In this document: in pieces, positions 37,232 through 47,949 of the stretch | Layout: every line of letters starts with the position of its first letter | Numbering within the stretch: the first letter of the stretch is position 1 | Assembly: GCA_002269645.1 (NCBI GenBank) | Contig: NIVC01000756.1 | Coordinates: 1-50,286, forward strand | From: Macrostomum lignano | Taxonomy: Eukaryota | Direction: 5' to 3' | DNA: 50,286 nt | The notes under the pieces: model-generated | Databases searched by the model: none | What the model saw: the letters and a program-made list of their open reading frames with translations, nothing else | What the model was told of the DNA's origin: nothing | Made by a program: the position numbers and the translations under genes

Positions 37232-38399
37232 TTTTACAGCAGTTGGTAAGCGTAAGCATAATTATTGATTTTGATCTGCTTTGGTTTCTTAGAATGAACC
37301 CAACGAATCCGCGAATCCGCGATAATTGTGTAATGTTATTTTATAAAAACAAAACCTTTAGATTGTAATCAAGAAAAATGACTAAAGCACAACTATTTCT
37401 CTTTGCATGTAAAATAAACAGTTTTAAAATAAAAGGTCCTCTTTAAATTTTTATTTAAGCAATATTACTGTGTATTTAGCTGTATTTAACTTGGTTAAAA
37501 GCAAAGTTTTTTAGGAATGCGAAGAATTGCTCGCATCCAAACTTGAAGCAAAAGGAAGCTTGTCGATTTAAATTTGTGAGCGCTTAGCTTGGAAAGCTCT
37601 GAAATATTATGGCTGAGACTCAGACTTTGTCATAGTGTCATACTAAGATCACCTAAAACAATTTTATTGGGTGTTAACTTTAGGTCGTTTATATGGCAAT
37701 AAAAAAGCAAGCAAGCAAGCAAGATTTTCATTTTTAGTATAAGGGATATGGCAATTATATGACTGGATATTTGTTATCCTATATTATTCTACACAATACT
37801 GTTAAACGAATAATAGTTGTATTTTTTATTTAATACAAATCAGCTCAATGCGTTAATAACAAGAATATTATAGTTTCTTAGCAATTCCTACTTGCATTTA
37901 CAACTATTTGTTTCTTACATGCAGTAAAATGATATCTCAAATCGTTAAAGAAGATTCAATAATCAAGTAACACATCTCTAGATTATTATATACTTTCAGT
38001 GCACAAGGCTTATTTTTATTCAAGCAATCTCTGCTATCTTTCCCTGATTCAAATGAAACTGTTTTTTTTCTGTTTTGCTTTGCCCAAGCTAAAAACTACT
38101 AGTAATGATCGTGTATGTATCTGACTTTTGGAACTAGAGTGCCTTGTACATTATTAATGACTCTTCCGGTGCTTCTGTACAGTTTCTTACGTATTTCAAT
38201 ATGAGTTACGAATTAATTGAATACTTTTCGATATAGCTAAAATTTTCAATACGAGCTATAAAGTGTGATGCCAGTAAATTATTTGATAAATGCGATAGGT
38301 CTGGCTTTTCCAGTTTTAAGTATGATATAGCTAGATGATACCCGCGCATATTTAAACATATTCAATAAATTTTAAACCCTCTGCTTTATCTCGTCCGGG

Positions 38400-38944
38400 A
38401 TGGGCAGCGCTCTGGGCAAGCGAGAGGCAAATGTTCTGGTGGTGGGACTCGACAACAGCGGCAAGACGACCATCATCAACAAGCTGAAGCCGGCCAACGC
38501 CACCATGCAGAACATTGTCCGACTGTTGGCTTCAACGTTGAACGCCTCGAGATGAAGAATCTGCGCATGACCTGCTTTGACATGTCCGGGCAGGGCCGCT
38601 ACCGCAACATGTGGGAGCACTACTACCGCGACTGCGACGCCATCATCTTTGTGATTGACAGCTCGGACAAGCTGCGCTTCGTGGTGGCCAAGGACGAACT
38701 GGAACAGCTGCTGGCCCACGACGCCATCCGGACACGGGGCATCCCGTTCCTGTTCTACGCCAACAAGATGGACCACAAAGATGCCCTGTCACCTGTGAAG
38801 TGCACGCAGATGCTCGGTCTGAAGGATTGCCTCAGCAACAAGTCCTGGAACATCGTGCCTAGCAACGCCATCTCCGGCGAGGGCCTGCAGGCTGGAATCG
38901 ACTGGCTGGCCGAGGAGGTGCGCCGGCTGCCACCGAGGAAATAA
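38400..38944 (+). CDS. ARL6: ADP-ribosylation factor-like protein 6 (BBS3), intronless, with a 1-bp frameshift at 38519-38520
   Basis: [16 protein letters not shown] (P-loop), NIV[P][51 protein letters not shown] and [16 protein letters not shown] are diagnostic for ARL6. One C is missing in GTCC(C)GACT. Confidence 0.93.
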
Positions 38945-38960
38945 CTGGTTGACTGGTCCA

Positions 38961-38993
38961 TGACGTGTTGTCATGGCAACTGTGACTATAAAT
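38961..38993 (+). promoter_or_regulatory. CRE half-site, RFX X-box and TATA-like element just after the ARL6 stop
   Basis: TGACGT (38961-38966), GTTGTCATGGCAAC (38967-38980, one mismatch from the palindromic X-box) and TATAAAT (38987-38993). Motif match only. Confidence 0.35.
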
Positions 38994-39104
38994 GCGGGGT
39001 TATTTGGTGAAATATCTAGAACTCACTTGTACCCAGGAGAAGAGAGTTCAAGTTGTACACTGAAAGCTCAAAATACATGCAGCCGGATTTGGCAATCATC
39101 CGCT

Positions 39105-39235
39105 ACCCCTTGACCCTGTGTCCTTCAGGCTCCTCTATCCTTGACCCTGTGTCCTTCAGGCTCGGCTACCCCTTGACCCCGTGTCCTTCAGGCTCCGCTA
39201 CTCCTTGACCCCGTGTCATTCAGGCTTCTCTACCC
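39105..39235. repeat. Short tandem repeat, ~31-bp unit CCTTGACCC(T/C)GTGTCCTTCAGGCTCC(T/G)CTAC
   Basis: About 4 copies downstream of ARL6. Confidence 0.85.
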
Positions 39236-41105
39236 CTATCCGACATCTCTTCAAAGCCTTAAAATTTTGTAGTTGTTAAAATGAATTTTGTAGAAGTAAA
39301 TGTTGTGTTTGCCTTTACGCTAACATTTCCTGGTCTTTTATTAATTTTCTTGAGCTCTGATGTTAGTGGTGTATCCATGCTCGTGGATCCACATTTTCTA
39401 ATATTTTCCTATTTTTGCTTCATTCTGTCTGTCGCTATTCCAGCCACGCTGCACACTTGTCTTGCTGCTCTTGGCAGAATTCCGAAGATTTTTAATTTGC
39501 ATGCATCCGCACCTCGAGTCCGTCCTGTGAGTTTCCCGGCTTTGACCTCTCTGATCAACTTGTTTTTTGGCTGGAAATTGTGTGTCACCCCGCGCCTGCC
39601 AGAGCGCCCAGAAGGTTGTCCCGGCCTGGCCTTCTTCGTACGGCGAGTCAATTTTTTTACAGAGGAGGGTTCAAAATAGTGTCAGTGCACATTGCTTCGT
39701 ACTAGAAGTAGCAGCAAACTCCCCGCGTTCTAAGCTGTGCTTTTTGAGTATATTGCACATTTAGTTGTTGTGCGTGCTTTCAAGTTTGAGTTGTAATTTC
39801 TAGAATAGTTGCTGACATTCGCTGTAACTCTCTGACTGAGTTGAACTGCCAACCCACCCGATCGAGCTGGCAACTGAATTCAGTCAATTATTAACTAATA
39901 AAAATCGTAGATTTTAATCATATTGATGAGCAAGCATTGCACTGTATTTTATTTCGCTACAATACAGAGGGTATAAACTTAATTATTCAAATCCAGCGGG
40001 ACTGCGGGGATAAACTTGGGTGAGCCAAGGCCAGCGGTCAGGGGAGAAACTTATTGGGATTTGATTTGCAGTTGGGGCCGACTTGAAATCCCTTTTACTG
40101 CTGGGCCTTTTACTCTAGAGCAGATCCCGGAGGCCAGCCCTGCCTTGCTTTGTCTTCCCGCCTGTCCGCTGCTGCGCCTCCGCGGTTCTCAAATCCCTCA
40201 TTTGGGGTATAATATGAGGCTTCGCTGGAGGCTGGCTACTCGGCCGTTCGCTAGTCGCCAAACTTCGAACTGCTGCCAACCCTCCGGACCTCCAGTTTCT
40301 CGGCGCTTGTTAGCCAGCCCGGCATCCCCCACCGCTGCCGGTATCTGGGGGAGAAAAATCCCGCCTAAAGCACGCGGGCTTGGCGGAGGCGAAGCAACAG
40401 CGATGGAGAGCAGCAGGGGAGCAGCTCTCGCCGCTTGCTCTCTGTTGGACACGGCGGCGAGCCACTGCGCGAGGGAGCTGGCAGCCAAATTTGATTGACT
40501 CCGATCCCTGCTCTAAAAGGGGATCCCCCCGGCGGTTTTGACGGCGAATCTCCCTGGCCGAGGCGGCGGCGGCGGCGGCAGAAGCTCGGAGAATCGGCTG
40601 TGGATCCTGCGACTTCGGCTTCGTCTGCTCCTTCGGTAAGGCGGCGCTGGGCCCACCCGGCGGACGCTCCATTAAACGGGTGCGCAGTTATCCACTTGCT
40701 CCGGAGGCCTGTCAAATCCGCATCTGGGCTGGGGAGGCACCGGCGGAACTCGAGAAGCGGGGAGGGTTTGGAGGGGGGGGCACTCTGGGGATTTTTGCTT
40801 CGGCAGACAGAAAGGACAAAAACTCAGCTCGGGGATTTGGTGTCGATATATCGGCTTGCTCGGATGAGTAAAATCCGAATCGATAAGGCTGGTTTGGACA
40901 CAGCCGGGGAGAGGGAACTCGGGTCCCAATGGCACCCAGCATGGCCGGCCCGAATTGATTGACAGCTGCGGCTGTTCTTCAAGCGGCCGCTTCGATCTGG
41001 CCAGCCAAATGAGGCCAAAATCGGCCAGCGACACGTCATTAACCTGCAGCTTTGTGCCGGTCAAGGACTCCTGACACGAAGCACTTGGACTAGGGAATTA
41101 TATGT

Positions 41106-41166
41106 TAGTCAGTCAGCCAGTCAGTCAGTCAGTCAGTCAGTCAGTCAGTCAGTCAGTCAGTCAGTC
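41106..41166. repeat. (AGTC)n microsatellite
   Basis: Visible directly. Confidence 0.95.
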
Positions 41167-41487
41167 AGTCAGTCAGTCAGTCAGTCAGTCAGTCAGTCAG
41201 TCAGTCAGGGCATGCAAATCTTGGCCACGCAGCAGCAGCTCATTAGCATAATAATTGGCAACTCGATCTTGTCTAAAATAATTCCTCCAGATCCCGGGTG
41301 TAGCAACCAATCGGATTTTTCCGAAGTTGCTGAGCTCGGAAATTACCAGCTCGTATATTTGATGCCAAGGCGAGAGCCGCTTCCGGTGTATAGAATTTCA
41401 GCAGCAGATGCAGAGTAATATTTTTATAGGAAACTTTGTTGCACTTTTTCTGCAAGTAGTCGGCGTGTTGGGCGTTGAAATCTGCGG

Positions 41488-42113
41488 AGTAGCGGAGTCC
41501 CCTGAAGGTTGGGGACTAGCGGAGTCCCCTGAAGGTTGGGGACTAGTGGAGTTCCCTGAAGGTTGGGGACTAGCGGAGTCCCCTGAAGGTTGGGGACTAG
41601 CGGAGCCCCAGAAGGTTGGGGACTAGCGAAGTCCCTGAAGGTTGGGGACTAGCGGAGTCCCAGGAAGGTTGGGGACTAGCGGAGCCCCAGGAAGGTTGGG
41701 GACTAGCGAGTCCCCTGAAGGTTGGGGACTAGCGGAGTCCCCTGAAGGTTGGGGACTAGCGGAGTCCCCTGAAGGTTGGGGACTAGCGGAGTCCCCTGAA
41801 GGTTGGGGACTAGCGGAGTCCCCTGAAGGTTGGGGACTAGCGGAGTCCCCTGAAGGTTGGGGACTAGCGAAGTCCCCTGAAGGTTGGGGACTAGCGGAGT
41901 CCCCTGAAGGTTGGGGACTAGCGGAGTCCCCTGAAGGTTGGGGACTAGCGGAGTCCCCTGAAGGTTGGGGACTAGCGAAGTCCTGAAGGTTGGGGACTAG
42001 CGAAGTCCCCTGAAGGTTGGGGACTAGCGGAGTCCCTTGAAGGTTGGGGACTAGCGGAGTCCCCTGAAGGTTGGGGACTAGCGGAGTCCCCTGAAGGTTG
42101 GGGACTAGCGGAG
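41488..42113. repeat. Minisatellite, 27-bp unit GACTAGCGGAGTCCCCTGAAGGTTGGG
   Basis: About 23 copies. Each has an internal 7-bp stem GGGGACT/AGTCCCC and there are no spacers. Confidence 0.97.
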
Positions 42114-43760
42114 CTTCTGAAAGCCGCTAAAAGTCCAACACCAATTTTGTTTAAGGAGGAGTTCCTGTCTTCGACGGAGATTTATGTATTTTCGGTTTGT
42201 TTATGTTTTGGGCCGCGGGGTATGGGTTACAAACGAAACATAGCACCGATGCACAAAGGGTCTGGTTGACAGAGGTTCAAAGCGTGGTTAGACCCAATTT
42301 AGTAGGAGATGATGAAATCGAATTATTCGCCTTGCATGAGTCTCGCAGCCTCCACCCTGCATCCTGAGTCTACTTATCGCCTACAGCCCATCGATGAGGC
42401 GTGCGGATGGCCTGTGTGCCTTTGCCTGCACAAGTGTCGAGCGCTCCCATTGACGTCGATCAGATTAGGCCGCGCTGCTGTCGGCAAATCCAGCGGCGCA
42501 TTAGGCAGCCCAGGCGGCTAATTACTCTCCGAACCTCCCACGGCAACCCCGCCTGTCGTTAGAGGCTTCCGTCAGCAGTCAATTTGGTCCCTGAACGCAA
42601 ACTGCCTGCTGTCTGTCTGCCTGTCAGTCTGGCACTCAATTAGTGCACCCAAATCCGGGGCAGAGGCAGAGTTAGGGCTGACAGAAGCCCGGATCAAGGG
42701 GTAGACTTGTCAGGCAGGCGTTGCAGTGGAGTGCAAGAGGAATCGGTCACCGCAAAGTTTGACTTTGACGACACAGGCGAATGGCTTGTTGGGTCAAGTT
42801 TTCCCCAATGCTGAGCAGAAAGGCAGGCTATAGACCCCCCCACTTGTACTAGTTTGCTCTGTCTCCTTCAAGCCTTCACTTTCTCTTAGCTTTCAAGCGC
42901 TGTTCGCTTTCTACAGAGACACACGGGAGCAGGGCAGGCCTTCCTTCAGTTATTCAGTGCTCAAGTTGAACGCCAGCTCGCGAGTTCAGCATGGCTCTTG
43001 TCTTATAGAATTTGCGCCGAGAACACGGGCTGTTGCTACTCCCTGCCCATAATTTAGTGCGGGATAATTATTCATTCATGCCCGGCAACAAGTGGAAAAT
43101 TATATTTGCTAATAATTAGGCCTGCCCCCCGCGAGTTGCGATGTCGGAAAGTACAAGGCGACAGGATTGGGACCAGAGCCACGGCAGGTCAAACTCGCCG
43201 CCGGGCTGGAGATGCGCCCCCAACTCCCCCGCTCCCATTTTACGCTCCCATTCCTCATTCAGCTCATTTCTGACCGATTCCCGTGGCCTCCCGAAACTTG
43301 CCCACCCCCCCCCCCTCAGCCCGGCAAGCAGCCGGGAGAAGAGATGGGGAAAAAGGAAAAAGTAAAGGCGGCGGAGAGGTGGAAGCGGCGGCGGTGGCTG
43401 AAAGCGGGGGCGTCGCAGGCGGCAATCCGCTGCAGTTTGGCCGTTGCGGAGCAGAGACGAGATGGGGATCGGCGAGGGGAGGGGAGAATCTTCCCGTCTG
43501 TTCCCCTTCCCCAATCCCGACCCAGTCCTGGATTATTTATGACAGAGCTCGCGCCAGCCACTCCCAGTAACCCGGCAGATCTCCCCTTATTCACTCACTG
43601 CTAAAATCCCAATTGCAACGCCGCTCCGCTCTCTTCTGCTCAAAGCGAGCTGCCCCCCCGTCCCCTCGCTCTGCCCCGCTCTGGACCGGCCAGCGGGATA
43701 ACTTTGCAACAAAACTGCCGCGAGCTGGGCAGGGCAGAGCGCCGCTCCCCGGCACCGCGG

Positions 43761-43963
43761 ATGACAAAGCCGTCAGCGGTGTTCACTTTGGACAGCGCGG
43801 CAGAGCAGCAGCGGCGGCGGCTGCTAATTGGCTCTAATACCGGTAACCTTAGCAACGGCGCTGACTTACAGTTCCTACCTGACAATGGTCAGGCCGAGGC
43901 GGCGGAGCACTTGCAGCAGCAGCCGCAGCGGCACACACGAAGCTACAAGGCATTCATCAGCCA
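43761..43963 (+). CDS. Tetraspanin-like protein, predicted exon 1 (N-terminal cytoplasmic extension)
   Basis: ATG at 43761 gives MTKPSAVF...SYKAFIS+CA. The phase-2 donor CA|GTGAGT joins the acceptor at 44744-44745 in frame (CA+G = Gln). Confidence 0.6.
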
Positions 43964-44227
43964 GTGAGTTGCGCCAGCTGCTCAAAACTCGGCTGCCAAA
44001 GCCTGCAGCCGGAGCGGAAGTCTCAATTATGTGCACTTTTATCGTTTCTGAGCACCAAATTCTGATTCTAAACCTCTGAGTGCAAATCTCCAACTAGATA
44101 CAGAAAAAACAAGAATTTCTCTGGTTGGACCAGAGTATGAGAAGACATTTCAAGTAGATTAAATTGGCTAGTAGAGGTATCGAACCTCCTACTAGGATGC
44201 TCAGTCTTCTTGGTGCCTTACAGGCGA

Positions 44228-44604
44228 CTCTCCGAAGGGCGATTCTCCGAGGGGCGATTCACCGAGGGGCGATTCTCCGAGGGGCGATTCACCGAGGGGC
44301 GATTCTCCGAGGGGCGATTCTCCGAGGGGCGATTAAATTGAATCCAAGGGGCGATTCTCCGAGGGCGATTCTCCGAGGGGAACTTCTCCGAGGGGGGATT
44401 AAATTGAATCCGAGGGGCGATTCTCCGAAGGGCGATTAAATTGAATCCAAGCGGCGATTCTCCGAAGGGCGATTAAATTGAATCCAAGGGGCGATTCTCC
44501 GAGGGGCGATTCTCCGAGGGGCGATTCTCCGAGGGGCGATTCTCCGAGGGGCGATTCTCCGAGGGGCGATTCTCCGAGGGGCGATTCTCCGAGGGGCGAT
44601 TCTC
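44228..44604. repeat. Minisatellite, 15-bp unit GAGGGGCGATTCTCC interspersed with AAATTGAATCC variants
   Basis: Lies in the predicted intron of the tetraspanin-like gene. Confidence 0.94.
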
Positions 44605-44745
44605 AGAAAAACTTTTGTTTCCAATGATGCAAAAAATTTACGAGATTGTTTTTTACGTCTATGGGAACGTTCTAGACAGCCATGTACAGCTTAACAAGTC
44701 AGCTCCATCATAAACGTCGCGACTTCCCATCCCGCCGTTGCGCAG

Positions 44746-45853
44746 GCGCTCCGCCGCCATGTGCTGCTGCCTAGTGGACAGCATCCTGCAGCTGCCGCGG
44801 GCCTCGCCCAGCCGGCCGCAGGTCAGCCGCTACAGGCGCAGCTGGCACTGCCTGGCCGGCCTGCTCTGCGGCCTGCTGGGCCTCACCGCCGCCCAGAGCG
44901 GGGCCAGCGGCATCGGCTACCTGGTCTGCACCCGCCAGCTCGGCGGCTGCGCCTCCTTCTTGGAGCGAGACCCCTGCCTGAAGGCGGCCGTGCCGTTCTT
45001 TGTTGTCTCCCTGGTCTGGCTGAGCATCTTCTGCTCCTGCTGCTGCCAGAGCCCGAAGGCGCTGGGCGTTTTCCTCCTGGTCGGCCTGTGCGGCGAGTCC
45101 GTCCTGGCCGGCTACATGGTCGCCTTCGACCAGACTGTGCGCATCGATGATCACCTGCGCGAGCAGCTGGGGGAGGCGCTGGACGCGACCTGCGCCGGCC
45201 GTCCAACACTGGACAGCTCGCGGCCAGGTCTCAGCTGCTTCCGGCCGTTCCGCGATGGCCTCGCCAGCTGCCGGAAGCTGGACCGGCGCCTGCCGCGGCT
45301 GTGCAACCACACGACAGCATCAGCGACGCCTGGAAGAAGGGAAAAGCGACAGCCGCCGCCGGGTCTGGCGCTCGCCTTCCACAAGGACAACTGCATTGCC
45401 GACCTGCTCGAGGCCATCGCCGCCCGCAAGCAGCTGCACCAGGTCGTCACCTACTCGCTGCTGTTCGTCTTCGCCGGCTGTCACTTTGCTCTGGCGGTGG
45501 CTCTCTGCGGCTACGACGTCCGTCGGAAGCGGATGGAGAAAAGCCTCCGGCTCGACGGTGGCGGCGCTGGGGTCGGCGGGGACAAAGAGGAGCCGGCAGC
45601 GGCAGCTCAGCAGCAGGGCAACGGCCAGATCCGCACGTTGGAGATTCACGTCAATATGGACGCTGGCACCGACCTGGTCAACACGCTGCCGCCGCGGCCT
45701 CCGCTACATCTGCACAGACAGCAAGGAATGACGGCCTCCACGTCGGCTTCGTCTGCGACCGCCGAGGTTGCTGAGAAGGCCGCGCTGCCGCTGCTGCCAA
45801 TGGTTGGCGCTGGTCGCGGCCGAGTCACTTTCGATATGGACAAGCAGATGTGA
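44746..45853 (+). CDS. Tetraspanin-like four-transmembrane protein, main exon
   Basis: Four hydrophobic segments with tetraspanin spacing: short EC1, CSCCCQSPKAL inner loop, Glu in TM3, a ~100-aa Cys-containing EC2 with an NHT sequon, and NCIADL before TM4. GC3-rich codons. No CCG motif. An in-frame gccgccATG lies at 44759. Confidence 0.75.
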
Positions 45854-45898
45854 AAGCGGTGTGACCGCTTCTGCGATTAGTGGGTGTGAGTGAGGAAA

Positions 45899-46203
45899 GA
45901 ATCCCTGACAGAATCCCTGACAGAATCCCTGACAGAATCCCTGACAGAATCCCTGACAGAATCCCTGACAGAATCCCTGACAGAATCCCTGACAGAATCC
46001 CTGACAGAATCCCTGACAGAATCCCTGACAGAATCCCTGACAGAATTCCTGACAGAATCCCTGACAGAATCCCTGACCGAATCCCTGACAGAATTCCTGA
46101 CAGAATCCCTTACAGAATCCCTGACAGAATCCCTGACAGAATCCCTGACAGAATCCCTGACAGAATCCCTGACATAATCTCTGACAGAATCTCTGACAGA
46201 ATC
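45899..46203. repeat. Minisatellite, 12-bp unit GAATCCCTGACA
   Basis: About 25 copies starting 45 bp after the tetraspanin-like stop and before AATAAA at 46303. Confidence 0.97.
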
Positions 46204-46663
46204 TCATCAGCTGTCTATTTTTTAATGGTTGCGCGGTTCCGCACTGGAAGCTTCCTATGCTATGCTTTACAAATTGCAAAAACGAATCCTGTAAAAAAAC
46301 TCAATAAAAATTCATTAGAATCGCACCAACCGAGAATGGGGAATCCCACCAACTGGGGCAACTGCTATCGTTTGCTGGTACAGCCCAGTCCAGTCGTCAA
46401 GTCTACGAGTGTGCAGCGAGTTTAGCAAACCGACACCCATCATTTCATTAAGTAGATTTTATCTCGCTTTTGTATTACGAGCTGCGTTACTCAGCTGAGC
46501 TTGCTTCTCGATTTTCATTTATCGTTCACTAAATGCACATTTAGCTCGTATCAAATACATGCAAACACTTCATTCACAATACTTGCTACTTGCAGTAGCA
46601 AGAAAAGTATTTGCTTTAAAATTTAACCTCGCAGCTTATCTAGATCAAGGTGGCAGTTTATTG

Positions 46664-47274
46664 ATTGAGACAAGAGTGACAGGCTGGCGGCTCATTGAAT
46701 GAGACAAGAGTGACAGGCTGGGGGCTCATTAAATGAGACAAGTGAGTGACAGGCTAGGGGCTCATTGGATGAGACAAGAGTGACAGGCTGGGGGCTCATT
46801 AAATGAGACAAGTGAGTGACTGGCTAGGGGCTCATTGGATGAGACAAGAGTGACAGGCTGGCAGCTCATTCACTGAGACAAGAGGACAGGCTAGCAGCTC
46901 ATTGACTGAGACAAGAGTGACAGGCTGGCGGCTCATTGACTGAGACAAGAGTGACAGGCTAGCAGCTTATTGATTGATAAGAGTGACAGGCTAGGGGCTC
47001 ATTGACTGAGACAAGAGTGACAGGCTGGCAGCTCATTGACTGAGACAAGAGTGACAGGCTAGCAGCTTATTGATTGATAAGAGTGACAGGCTAGGGGCTC
47101 ATTGACTGAGACAAGAGTGACAGGCTGGGGGCTCATTAAATGAGACAAGTGAGTGACAGGCTAGGGGCTCATTGGATGAGACAAGAGTGACAGGCTGGCG
47201 GCTCATTGACTGAGACAAGAGTGACAGGCTGGCGGCTCATTGACTGAGACAAGAGTGACAGGCTGGCAGCTCAT
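46664..47274. repeat. Minisatellite, ~34-bp unit TGAGACAAGAGTGACAGGCTGGCGGCTCATTGAC
   Basis: About 18 variant copies. Confidence 0.95.
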
Positions 47275-47674
47275 TAAATTGCTTGAAACTTGAATCACTG
47301 AATTAAAAAGCCTTTTCAAATTTCAAGAGGTCGAAAAATATTGAAACTGCAGGACTCCAGCTCCATTGGTGTTGGTGATGTGTTTCAAACTGTGTATTTA
47401 GAACTGCGCCACTAGCCAGAAACACAATTACAATTGCAATTCGTCAATTTAGGTGCATTTAGAAAATGGAAACTGAGTTTTGCAACAAACAGCAGGTGCG
47501 CTAGCAGTCCTGGCCAGCCCAATTTAATTACTAGCCCGCCCAGCCTGTTGTCACGTGACCACGTCAGACGCGATTAGTTGCCATGACGACAGTTCCCTAC
47601 ATCGGTATAACAAATATTTAGATATTTTATTGAATTAGCAAAGCGGAATTGGTTAATGTCAAATTTAAAATTGC

Positions 47675-47832
47675 TATTTACAAAAACTGAAGAACGGAAA
47701 TTGAAATGAAATGATTGATTAGAATATGAAGATAAATGTGGCTTATGGTTATGATTTATCAATAATAAATGAGTAGAAAAGGACAGTAAAATGCGAGGGG
47801 TTTATGAGATAAAATGAAATGAAATATTTACA
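47675..47832 (-). promoter_or_regulatory. Two Pumilio response elements (UGUAAAUA) in the predicted nanos 3'UTR
   Basis: TATTTACA on the plus strand at 47675-47682 and 47825-47832, between the stop (47950) and a minus-strand AATAAA (47631-47626). Confidence 0.55.
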
Positions 47833-47949
47833 ATTGGGATTTTGTTAAAAAACCAAAAAAGCAGAATAGAAACAGTTTGTGAAGACAATGCACACCAATT
47901 CGCAATTAATTTGTTTAAATTTCTCGAGCAACTTTGTTAAAATCATTTT

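Noticed and set aside
39281-39679. 132-aa hydrophobic ORF and an antisense Lys/Arg-rich ORF faintly like a transposase N-terminus
   Set aside because: AT-rich codons unlike the real genes here, no recognisable motif, and no TIRs found.
41488-42113. 27-bp repeat with an internal hairpin resembling a CRISPR repeat
   Set aside because: The units are contiguous with no unique spacers, there are no cas genes, and the context is eukaryotic. The same applies to the 42-, 43- and 46-bp arrays.
44168-44195. Hairpin with a GGTTCGATACC T-loop/B-box on the minus strand
   Set aside because: No A-box, D-arm, anticodon arm or matching 5' acceptor strand, so it is not a tRNA and too little for a SINE call.
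31644-45849. Antisense and off-frame ORFs overlapping UBXN6, ARL6 and the tetraspanin-like gene
   Set aside because: Expected by-products of GC3-rich coding sequence, which has few stops in other frames.
45704-46425. Cys-rich (FCQG)n, (IPDR)n and (ESLT)n ORFs resembling metallothionein or structural proteins
   Set aside because: These are frames of a 12-bp repeat lying after the tetraspanin-like stop codon.
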